NCBI GenBank assembly: GCA_021432655.1 | Contig: MU271651.1 | Coordinates: 1-35,472, forward strand | Direction of reading: 5' to 3' | DNA length: 35,472 bases | DNA from: Atractiella rhizophila | Taxonomy: Eukaryota | Shown here: positions 21,365 through 30,923 of the stretch, in pieces | Layout: the number at the start of each line of letters is the position of its first letter | Position numbering within the stretch: position 1 is the first letter of the stretch | Notes under the pieces: model-generated | What the model saw: the letters and a program-made list of their open reading frames with translations, nothing else | The model's database searches: none | What the model was told of the DNA's origin: nothing | Made by a program: the position numbers and the translations under genes

Positions 21365-22798
21365 TCAGTCGCTCTCGGAACTGGAAGAGCTGGTGGTGAC
21401 ATCTTCCCCCCTCTTCGCCCTCTCTTCCCTCTGCCTCCTCCTTTCCTTGCGTTGGTTCTTCCTAAATCTCTTTTCTGCTCTCCTTGCCTCCCTTTCCATC
21501 CTTCTCCCCTCTCGCTCAGCCTCCCTCGCCAATCGCCTCGCTTCCCTCTCAGCATCAGCTGAAAACCTTCTTGCCTCCCTCTCGACCTCGTTCGCAAGCC
21601 TCTTTGCTTCCTTCTCAGCCTGTCGCGCATAATCGTGAAAGTCGTGTCCGCGCCAATGTGTGTGGTAAGGACCAAAGCAGCCCCTCCTTCCATGTCCATA
21701 GCCGCCTCGACCGGTATGTGGAAAGCTGAAGTTTCGTCGGTTGGGATGGATATCCCCCGGCGGAGAAGCGACGAATCCTTGCATAGGAGGCATTCCTGGC
21801 ATGGGTGGAATAGGGGGCATTCCTGGCATGGGTGGCACAGGAGGCATTCCCGGCATCGGAGGCACAGGAGGCACTGGCGGGGTAGGGAATCCCCTTGGCG
21901 GCGAATGAGCGTTGGGAGAACGCTCAAACCCATCAGGCGAGAGTTGAGGGAACGGGGGAAATGGGGGGAATGGTGGTGGAACTGGGTGAGCACGCTTTCT
22001 CTTCCTTCCTTCTTCTCCACCACGAGATCCAGATCGAGAAAGCAGAGTATCTTTCGCGCCACCAAAGTCGACATCGACTTGTACGTTCGGGTGTTTGCCA
22101 CCCACGATGTTGTCCACGAAATCCGCCCAACCGAACCTCTCCAGATACCCTTCCACAGTAGAAGCCATCTCCTCTTTCCCTCCTTTCAGACCGATGTTGT
22201 CTCCAACCTGCTTGAACGCTGGGTTGCCAAGAACCTCCTCCAAGATACTCCTCAAAGCCTTCCTTCCGCCATTGTTACTTCCACTAGGCGTCGCCGTTCC
22301 ATCCCGAGAGTGGACGGAAGGAGAAGATGGTGCACGAGACTTTCCTTTGTCTTCTTTCGCGGAAGCAGGAGTGACGGAGTCGTCGTCCATGACCCAATCT
22401 CCCATCACAGATGCGGGAAGCGAAGCAGGAGGTGCGATAGGGGGAGAGCGAAGAACGGCTCCAGTCGCGATGTCTGTAAAGACGACGACGTTAAACTTAG
22501 CTGGCTTCGGGAAAGGTACGAGGTCGTTGAGTTCCTGAGTCGACGAGCTGTTATCATAGAAATGATTGTCAATATCGTCATTCGCCACATATGAGGAAAT
22601 GACGGTGGAGGGGAGTACGCACATCGTGATTTCGTCCCCATCCTCATCGACGTAGCTCAGCCCGATCTTCTTCGTGTCTTCGATCCCAAACCTCTCCTTG
22701 ACCGCCTTCTCGATCGCCTCCCACTTCATGCCTCCTTCCGCGGGAACCACCACTTTCCTAACAATTTCTCCCAGTGTGAACTTAAATGTTTGAGACAT
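21365..22798 (-). CDS. PB1-domain protein, copy B (PB1, then Pro-rich repeats, then a charged helical tail)
   Basis: ATG at 22798; 75-nt intron 22622-22548; OPCA motif YVDEDGDEITISS; PPVPPMPGM repeats; E/R/A-rich C-terminus; TGA ending at 21365. Confidence 0.88.
   Translation of the reverse strand: MSQTFKFTLGEIVRKVVVPAEGGMKWEAIEKAVKERFGIEDTKKIGLSYVDEDGDEITMCVLPSTVISSYVANDDIDNHFYDNSSSTQELNDLVPFPKPAKFNVVVFTDIATGAVLRSPPIAPPASLPASVMGDWVMDDDSVTPASAKEDKGKSRAPSSPSVHSRDGTATPSGSNNGGRKALRSILEEVLGNPAFKQVGDNIGLKGGKEEMASTVEGYLERFGWADFVDNIVGGKHPNVQVDVDFGGAKDTLLSRSGSRGGEEGRKRKRAHPVPPPFPPFPPFPQLSPDGFERSPNAHSPPRGFPTPPVPPVPPMPGMPPVPPMPGMPPIPPMPGMPPMQGFVASPPGDIHPNRRNFSFPHTGRGGYGHGRRGCFGPYHTHWRGHDFHDYARQAEKEAKRLANEVEREARRFSADAEREARRLAREAEREGRRMEREARRAEKRFRKNQRKERRRQREERAKRGEDVTTSSSSSESD
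21781..21880 (-). repeat. Coding minisatellite, ~27-nt unit (PPxPPMPGM)
   Basis: GGCATTCCTGGCATGGGTGG-like units recur at 27-nt spacing, about 3.5 copies. Confidence 0.85.
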
Positions 22799-23327
22799 CT
22801 TGATGCTGATCCTTCGTTTTGCTCGTTCGAGTGGCAAGACCAAAACGTCAAAGCAACCCTTATAAAGGCAGGAGAATGGGAGCAAGAGTCATGCACTGCG
22901 GTGACCAGACATGCTGCGGGGAGGAACTTGGTGGCGTCGTTCCTTTTGAACAGCATTTGAAAAATTGCAGCCTGGTGCACAACAGCACCTCCTGACAAGG
23001 ACAAACAGGCCAGTTGTCAGGTTGGGCAGTGGCCTCAGATTGGAGATCTACGATAGCGTGGAGAAGGCAAAGTAGTCACCCACGACGTCCAATTTGTGAA
23101 TTTCCACAGAATGTGAAACACGGAAGACATCCTTCTCCTGGTTAAGAGTGCAGCAATATCATGGACAGGAGGTATTGGCAGCTGCGCAAACGGGAAGTGA
23201 AAGGCGAAGGCGGAACCACCGGAGGTAGCAGTCCTCAATGCGAGATGAGACAGCCGTACTAGTTCACAGATGCTGAAGCTGCCTGGTAAATTCCATGAAG
23301 ATCTCGAGCTTCAGAGTTTCTATTCAT
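21970..23327 (-). repeat. Inverted duplicate of window positions ~1-1388
   Basis: The reverse complement of ~22100-22893 is almost identical to ~458-1250. Weaker homology continues upstream: 23205-23250 matches 82-125 (TCATCTCGC..TGAGGACTGCTACCTC..GTGGTTCCGCCTTC). Confidence 0.95.
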
Positions 23328-24224
23328 GACGAAAGACTTTAGCAACGGTGACGCTGAACAAAGCATGCAACCGCTCCCATCTGGTCAATAGCCTTCGGAG
23401 TCACATTAATCGATCCGAAGTGCTCATTGCGATGAAGCGGTCTTCCCAGTTCATTGGCGCGCCTAAAAGTGCCTTGTGGATCCCACGAGGCTCAGAATTT
23501 TAGAGATTCCCGTTAAGTATGAAGAACAAGACGAGCCGCAGTCACTTCGAGTAAAATACGGACCTGCGTTGTTTCGCAGGGACGATCTCAAGGAGTCGTA
23601 GATTTGAAGTTAAGCTGGGCAATGGGGAATCGCTTCCGACTGTTTGGTAGAGAGAGAAGTCTTTATCGCCCCTGCGCACGTATCTAAGCAAATCTTTTGC
23701 ACATAGACTGGATTGCATTGGATTGGAGAATTGGCGACAATTGCAGAACGCACAGCGCGCTGCTCAGGTACCTACTGAATCCTGCAGAACAGTGTCCAAT
23801 AACTACCATCGTTCACATAACCCAGCACTTAGTCCATTGCATGAGTGTGGCCGTTCAGAAGCAGGAAAATGGCGTTGACGCCTGCAGTAGCTAGGTCAAG
23901 CGACATTTGAGGTGTTTTCTTTCCATTTCAATTCTAGAGCATCCAAGAAACACCAGATATCAAAGGAATAAGATCCCATAGGAACTGCTCGACTGCACCC
24001 TCGAGTTGTACAAAGGAACAGAAGGACGGACCGTTATGTAACATTGGTATGTCATCTAGCTTACCACCGTTTGTCTGCGACGCTTAATAAAGTAAACTTC
24101 GCTATGTCAGCTGTAGGATCGACACCGGAATCATCGTGAGAGTTTTCTTGGGTACCTTGGTTCAGGGTTGTTGTGGTCGTTCACAGTTCCTCCAACAACA
24201 GTTCTGAACAATCTCCAACGACCA

Positions 24225-25319
24225 ATGGTTAGACCAACTCACTTCATCTCACTTCCTCTGCACTCGAGCCATCTAACTACCCATTACACCGCTCTCACCC
24301 AGCGCTGGCTCAATTCCCCCTCAACGAGCCAAGCGAAAGGTTTCGATCCTACCCTGCTGGCAGAGGCACAACGACTACATCTCACGATCGGCGTGTTCGC
24401 ACTTACAAAGGAGAGAGAAGAGGGAAAACAATATCTTGGAGACGCTTTAAATGCATTAAAAGAGTTGGATGGCGGTGCTTTGAATGAATTTGTTGGGACG
24501 AAAGTGAAGCTAGGAAAGTTGGACACTTTCAGGAGGAAGGAATGTCATGTTCTGTTTGTGGAGCCTGAAAGCGAGGACGGCAGGCTGGCGAAACTCGCTG
24601 GTGAGCATTCTATACCTTTGAAGGAGCAGCGAAAGGGCACTCCGTTCGCGCATCCAGTGTCACCTCGTCTCATTTTGAGCGCGTCGTGGGATGTGCCTGA
24701 AAGTCTTGTCATCGGATACTTTTGCGAAGTATACGTCATATTCTCGTTCGAAACTCGATAAAACTCTATCAGTGGCGCGTCGAGATCAAACAAACATACT
24801 TAAACTTTTCTTCTATTGCTCCTGAATTGCTACCCTCCAGCAGACGAATTTCTCACAAATCTTTGTTCAGAGCGCCTACGCCATCATTTTCTTTCCCGCG
24901 GTTTCCAGTTCGCAGACGGTAATCGCCCGCTAACTGTTCGCTTTTTACCATCAACATTTCTTTGTCGATAACGTTAGTTTCAGTTGCATTTGACTGTCAT
25001 GAACACATCGTACCGCCGCACACCTCGTCCAGCAGGGAAGCCAGCCCGAAATCGAAACAAGAAGCGCCTGCCATTCGATCCTATTCCTTTCCTCCACCCT
25101 ACTCCAGATGCAACTGTGACTACCGACGTGTCGGACGATGTCAAAGCAGAGGGAATGGTCGTGGTGGATGGTAATGTCGGTGGACCTGGTGTGGATAGTG
25201 AGCTTGGAGAACACGTTATTGAGAGCGTGCAGATCTGTGCGATGGGGAGTAGAGATGAGCAAGGGCGATACATTGCCCTCGAGACAGTGAGCCTGAAGGA
25301 AATGAATGAACAGGCTTAA
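24225..25319 (+). CDS. AKAP7/ASCC1-like 2H phosphoesterase (2',5'-RNA-ligase-like fold)
   Basis: MVRPTHFISLPL, two HxT motifs (RLHLTIGV and LHLTVMNT), HVLFVEP, and C-terminal VQICAMGS...GRY. Introns at 24601-24870 and 24936-24983 give LAKLAERLRHHFLSRGF...RPLTLHLT. Confidence 0.85.
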
Positions 25320-25696
25320 TGCATACATCCTCACTAATTCATGATCAGACTAAACGTTGCCGCCACTTGATATCAATTTACTGTAAACGGACAATCAATT
25401 AATCATCATTGTGGTGTCATACCCTCGTTCTCGTTACACTCGTTATTCTCGTCTCGTCTCACACGACTCGCTCACCGTACATGGGAGATTACGGGGAAGA
25501 CCTGTTATTTACGGTACATTTGTGCCTACTTCAATCCACCACCTTCTCGGTTTTCTACCAGTGGGTTGTGCTATGGCCAAGTTCTGAGCAAAGATCTGGA
25601 GAACAACGCCGTAAGTTACAGCCTTGGATCCCACACGTGCACCTCTCTTCCCAGTGCTACGGTGAACTGACGCTGCCTATTAGCTTATTCCCTACC

Positions 25697-27142
25697 ATGA
25701 CAATTTTGAGCCAAATGCAATGTTTTTCGTTTCAATCGCTGCCTATCGAGCTTCAGACGGAAGTTGTCGATGAGCTTGCAGTGCTGGAGCCCGATCGCCA
25801 AACACTTATTTCTACGAGCCGAGTCAATCGCCGGCTCAGGAAGCTTTCTATCCGCGTCCTTTTCAAAAGTATTTATCTGTCTAATTCCCGATATTACCCA
25901 ACAAACAATCACAGATGGCAGGTTGATTTCTCGACGCCTCTATATGACCTTCCTCAGTCATACTTGTCCTACATTCATATTGTTCACATCAATCTGCATG
26001 AAGACATCTGTCTCGATGAGGATTCCAGATATCCTGTTGGTGACGATTCTGAGGGACGTCTCGCTCCTTTAATGCAATTAGTGGATCTAGTCATTTGCTT
26101 TCAAGATGTAACCACCCACTGCCATTCTCTTAAGGAGGTCTTTATTCATCTTAAGTTTAAGGAAGGGATCGATTCACATGGGACAGCGTCAGCTAACTAC
26201 CCGGGGCTTGTAACAACTAGCTTCAGCTCCCTTGTTGACCAAACCAAGTTTTGCGTCAATAAAATCCGACTTGGCTTTCATGTACACTTCAGTGATCCAG
26301 ATTTTGATTGGATGGAATCGCATGCGAGAATCGACTATGCACTCCGTAGCATGACCAGGCCAGACAGAATTACAACCATCGAATGTCATTCCGGATTCAT
26401 AACGGGTTTAGTTTTGCAATCGTTACTGTCATTGCCAGCGGTCAACCAACTTTCTTTGGGTACTTGCAGCATCCTGGGTCTCATGTCGCTGGCACAAACC
26501 AGCCTTCGTCATCTCAGCATTGATGCTCGATGCACCGACTTATGTTTTGGCCATCTTTCCGTGGATGCGGAGTGGGAGTGCGCTTTCAATCTTGTCAGAA
26601 CTTGTGCTGCAACTTTAGAAAGCGTGCACATACGCCACTACCTTGGACTTCGCGAAGGATTACATCGCGAGCACCCACCTGTCCAGTATCCTAATCTAAA
26701 ACGATTCCACATATGTTACATTCGGCCTGAGTCTCAGCGACAAGAGGAATGGTCTGCAGATGTTAAGGAATACCTACTTGATCAGTTGCGGCTCATAGTA
26801 GGTGAGTTTTACGTGTGCCCTTTGGAGGTTTTTGGATTTTCGGAAAGCTATTCGCTTGAAGCTCCCACTCCTGTAGAAGTTGGCATTCTACCTGTTGCGT
26901 CTGCGGAGCATGAGCAAGAATTCCAATTGCCAGTTGCCTCGAACCGTTCTGAAATCACTCCGGCTTTTGTTGCTTACTTCATTGCAAAAAAGAGGAAGGA
27001 AGGTTACCTCATGAATCTCAAACGAGTGGATTTTGGACGGTCTACTTTCGATTGCTTGACCAGAACAACGCAAGGAGCCATGTACTCAGGCAAATTGGCA
27101 AAACTGGGAATTGTGACCAGGAGCGGGTGTCGTGAGGAATAG
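25697..27142 (+). CDS. F-box-like protein, intronless
   Basis: FQSLPIELQTEVVDEL...TLISTSRVNRRLRKLSIRVLFKSIYL is a typical fungal F-box pattern. It is followed by degenerate LRR-like units (SLKEVFI, SLRHLSI, TLESVHI, NLKRFHI, NLKRVDF). Confidence 0.75.
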   Translation: MTILSQMQCFSFQSLPIELQTEVVDELAVLEPDRQTLISTSRVNRRLRKLSIRVLFKSIYLSNSRYYPTNNHRWQVDFSTPLYDLPQSYLSYIHIVHINLHEDICLDEDSRYPVGDDSEGRLAPLMQLVDLVICFQDVTTHCHSLKEVFIHLKFKEGIDSHGTASANYPGLVTTSFSSLVDQTKFCVNKIRLGFHVHFSDPDFDWMESHARIDYALRSMTRPDRITTIECHSGFITGLVLQSLLSLPAVNQLSLGTCSILGLMSLAQTSLRHLSIDARCTDLCFGHLSVDAEWECAFNLVRTCAATLESVHIRHYLGLREGLHREHPPVQYPNLKRFHICYIRPESQRQEEWSADVKEYLLDQLRLIVGEFYVCPLEVFGFSESYSLEAPTPVEVGILPVASAEHEQEFQLPVASNRSEITPAFVAYFIAKKRKEGYLMNLKRVDFGRSTFDCLTRTTQGAMYSGKLAKLGIVTRSGCREE

Positions 27143-27594
27143 CTTCACCAGACTTAAATATTATTGCAATAAACACGTATCAAACTTCAGGCTGATAGTA
27201 GGTACAGGACAATGGACATTCTGTTGAAAACTGATATGTGCTCACTGATAAAAGAATGAAGGAATGGCTAGAATAAGAAGGACAAGAATGATAGTGAGGG
27301 AGATCCAAGTTTCGTGGAACTACTAATACAGTAGAGAGTGAATATGGGAGAATACCAACGGACCAAAACAAATTGTACAGAACTAGGCACTGATTGGAAA
27401 TGACACGATGTGCAGAGAAAGCAGCCAAAAGAGCGAAGAAGCCAATCCAAGCAAAGAATCGAGGAGGTGGCTTGGATGCGAATTGTGGCTAGAAGCGTAA
27501 GCAATAGGATTGTGAGGAGGTAGTTTGAATAGAAAGGTTAGATTTATCAAGCTGTTGCCACTACTGAAAGTCAGAGAAGGATAATTGTCAGTGA

Positions 27595-27850
27595 CCCTTG
27601 GATTTGAAAGTTGTCCCATGGGGAAGGGCAGAAGTCTCGCATGATTATCCTTTCCTCCTCCTCTCGGCAAGCCATCTCTGCCTCCATAAAACGCCTCTCG
27701 CTCTTCTCGCATTTCCCTCCTCTGTTGTTCCTCTTCTCGTCTCCTCGGCTCCTCTAGTTCCCTCCTCCTTCTATGCTCCTCGTCTCGTTGCTCAGCTCGT
27801 CGCCCGCTCTTCTGTGTCCGTCCTCAACATTTCTGGATGTCGAGCAGCTC
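27595..27850 (-). pseudogene. Possible degenerate fragment of a coiled-coil gene
   Basis: The E/R-rich frame RRAEQRDEEHRRRRELEEPRRREEEQQREMREEREA continues as MEAEMACREEEERIIMRDF only after a frameshift in a T run (~27687-27690). There is an in-frame stop upstream. Confidence 0.3.
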
Positions 27851-28534
27851 CAGTAAGCCGAATAACGACTGGTGAGAAATGAGGCATGGTGCTAATTTAC
27901 GCCGCCTTGCGAACATTCATGGCATATCTGCTTTTGAACCTCCATGTCTGATTGGTAAACGGAGAATTGTGACGATAGAGAGACGAGGAGGGGAAGATAA
28001 ATGCCATTTTATATTTGCTGGTTGGCAGAGACGCTTTACAGAACGTGATTTGTTAGATCGTTTGCGAGGACGCCATAACTGGTTCGCAAACGCAAAAGCA
28101 AAGAAGGCAAGGTATCATTTGCGTCATTAATTCATGGACGCAGTATAAGTGTGTTTCCACGGGACCTCCGCAACAATGAAAGAGTGTAATCAACGGAAAC
28201 ACTTGCTCTCGACATCACGAGAGGCGCGAAAGAAAAGGAGCCAAGCCACACTTGATTTGGTTAAATCATTGTCTCACGTCTTTCGTTCTAGTCAATAACA
28301 TTGCCAAAGTCTTTACTAAAACGCCTCGCCCTGCCGCACGGCTTCATAAAATACAAAGTGACAGCATAAATACTGTAGTTGACTCTTGACTCCTGACACA
28401 GACGTTCTTTGAAAGAACCGTAAAGTTCGGAATTTTTCAAACTTTATTCAACTACACTACGAGCAGCTGGCGAATTCACACTTGCTGCTGAGGAACGCTG
28501 CCGAGACTACCCACTGAGAATTGTGCTACGGATT

Positions 28535-28972
28535 ATGTGGTTTAATGTTTTCACCCGCCCCGGTCGTGTCTTTCCTCTCTTCCTCACGACTGTTGGTGCG
28601 TCCATTTTCTTGTTTCAGTTTTCTTCTTCAGTCATTCTAACATTGCAAGGAACTAGTTGGGCTCACTTCTGGAGTTTAGTAAGTTGTTTTGCTTTTTAGC
28701 AATCGGTGCACAGAAAATTAACATGAGGGAACAGTATCTTTGATCCCATCTTCAAAGACATGAGAGACAGAGGATTTGAGGAGCGCCGAGAGCAGCTACT
28801 GCAGGCTCAAGCAGCGCAGAAGGAACAGTACGTTTCTTGTTCTAACTCGAACAAGTTAAAAGAGCACTGATTGATCACGTTTAGAAGTGCCGAAGTCACA
28901 ATTCCTGTCAACAAAAGCTCAAGTTCAAACGGGCAGAGCCTTGCAATAGATACTCCTGCTTCTACCAAATAA
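28535..28972 (+). CDS. PIGBOS1-like single-pass microprotein (87 aa)
   Basis: Exons 28535-28595, 28657-28678, 28735-28827 and 28885-28972 have canonical donors (GTGCGT, GTAAGT, GTACGT), YAG acceptors and matching phases. Product: MWFNVFTRPGRVFPLFLTTVVGLTSGVYIFDPIFKDMRDRGFEERREQLLQAQAAQKEQSAEVTIPVNKSSSSNGQSLAIDTPASTK. Confidence 0.8.
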
Positions 28973-29191
28973 ACAACATACCCACCTGACTGAAAAGTGA
29001 GGTGGATGTGGAGAAGCGGTAATGGCACCAACTGCAAGGGGCAAGATGGATGACGACGGACACCGTCGAATGCCTTCCAGTCTCAACGCACGGTTCCCAA
29101 GACTTTCCGAATTAAGATGAGTAAATATCCTGAACTACGTGCTCTTTCAAAGCAATATACATTTTGGCTCCCCGCCCCCAATGCCTCTAGG

Positions 29192-30731
29192 TTAATTGGC
29201 GAGGTCCCTCCTGCTATTCCACTGCCGAGCCTCCCTTCCACCAAGTCCTGCCTGACTCCGCGCCCCTCCCGCGTTAGCTATAGGCCGCTCCTGCCTTCCT
29301 TCCCTCCTGATCTTCCGCTCCTTCTCATCCTTTGAGAGTTTTGGTTGTGAGCGCGTTTTCGATCTAGTCTTGAATGGAGTGGACATTGGTTTTTGGCCGG
29401 GGAAGAGGGGAGTCCCAGTGACTGGACGCTGGTAGCCTTGAACCTTCAGTAGTTGCTAATTCCCACCACAATGTTTAGCTATATTCTGCGGAAGCAGGCG
29501 ACAGAAGACAAGGATGGAGAACATACCGGAAATTGATCAGGGTCTCGCTTCTCGTCTCTATCCCAACCAAACTTCTTTTGTTCCTCATCCGTCTTCAACA
29601 TCCTCAAACTATGTCTCCATGTCCGCACAAGAAAAGCAAGAGCAAGCTCGCCGTAGGAGTACGGTTTTGACAGAGGTTGTTTTCTAGCATCCGTTGGATC
29701 CGTAATCACTTCCTTCATCATCGTTTCCATCGAAACAACCAGTGGTTTCTTCTCGAACTCGACTTTTGGCACCTCTTTCGTTTTCGGGATGAAGCGAAAG
29801 ACCCTGATGAGGTGTTGTCGCGTCTCCTCAGAGATAGCACCCTGGTGGGCCTTTCCCAACCGAGTTAACCTAGGCTCAGCCATTAACCTCTCCACAAGTG
29901 CGACCGCCTCTTTCTCCCCAAACTCTCCCTTTTCGACCCTCCACAGAAAACCGGTGATCTCTCTCAACTCTTCCTCCCGTCTATCATCCTTCGGATTCCC
30001 TGCCCATCCGTATATCATTTCGCGAGCGATGAGACCGGCGACCTTCTCCCGTTTCAAGTCTTTGGGATTGTCTACCAGTTCAAGAATGGCTCGCGGGGAC
30101 TGGTCGTGATGGTGTGGAGGTAAGCGATGAAGGCGCGTGTAGCCAGCTTTCCGAAGGGAGTAGCGGTGAAGGAGTGTTCTGAAAACTTGTGGGAGTGTTG
30201 CTTCGTGAGCCTGTTCCGGTGCGAAAGGTCAACATAAACTCACTCCTGTACCGAAAACTAGCTAGTAATGCTTTGCGAATATAAACGACCAAAAGCAGAG
30301 CCAATGGGCACTTGCATTTTGTCTGCAGTCGTAACAGCTTCAACGCTGTAAAACGTAAGCTCGTAGAGAAAGGCTTCACCACAATCACAAGCAACGTTTC
30401 TGCCATATTAACCTCGTTCGCATGAGGTTACTAGCATCATGCAGACCACTTCGAAAGCACATAATGATAGAGGAAGCCAACACGTCCTCCAAACCTCAAC
30501 CCAATGAAATGTATAAAGAAAGCTCACATAAGTCCATTGAGCAACTTTAACATGCTTTCCCCGTTTTGCTGCAGTCAGAACCTTCTCCACCAGAGGCTGT
30601 ACCTGCTTTGCCTTTGCTACAGTGGTCGAAATTTGGTCGTGCATAATGAGGGAAGAAATCATGTTCCGAAATAGCTGTATTCGAGCTGCTGTTGGACGAC
30701 CAAGTGAGGAGAATGCTACGCGATGTCGCAT
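29192..30731 (-). CDS. MRPL8: Mitochondrial ribosomal protein bL17m with a long C-terminal extension
   Basis: MRHRVAFSSLGRPTAARIQLFRNMISSLIMHDQISTTVAKAK...; after intron 30527-30211 it reads RYSLRKAGYTRLHRL...AILELVD, the L17 signature. A second intron starts at 29526 (acceptor ambiguous), and the TAA ends at 29192. Confidence 0.92.
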
Positions 30732-30923
30732 GGTGCTGTTACAAGGCAGAAGGGTTACTGTGTAGCTGCAATGGAGAATGGAATGTGTGCTAGGGGGATG
30801 AACAAAAATCTTGAGGGGCTCAAGATAAAGCCCGAACATTCCACACTGACGGCAAGGATACTCCGCAGCACAGTTAGGTTTGTGCAGGTCATACCGTGGA
30901 ACTGGTTTAGTAGCCTGAGCAAC
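30732..30923. promoter_or_regulatory. Compact putative bidirectional promoter
   Basis: Only 192 bp separate the divergent ATGs at 30731(-) and 30924(+). Confidence 0.5.

Noticed and set aside
1..23327. The inverted duplicate read as terminal inverted repeats of a 23-kb transposon
   Set aside because: The repeats are ordinary spliced genes, no transposase or target-site duplication is visible, and the interior includes housekeeping genes.
24601..24640. TPP-riboswitch-like words (ATACC..TGAA..CAGCGAAAGG) at an intron 5' end
   Set aside because: The CUGAGA and GAACYUGAU core and the P2/P4/P5 pairing are absent, and the host gene is not thiamine-related.
24740..24760. GTTCGAAAC as a tRNA T-loop
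   Set aside because: No T-stem or cloverleaf can be built around it.
30211..30250. Possible 2-nt microexon or nested intron (CAG-GA-GTGAGT) at the end of the bL17m intron
   Set aside because: The downstream intron would be only 33 nt and inclusion would break the L17 frame. It cannot be supported without RNA data.
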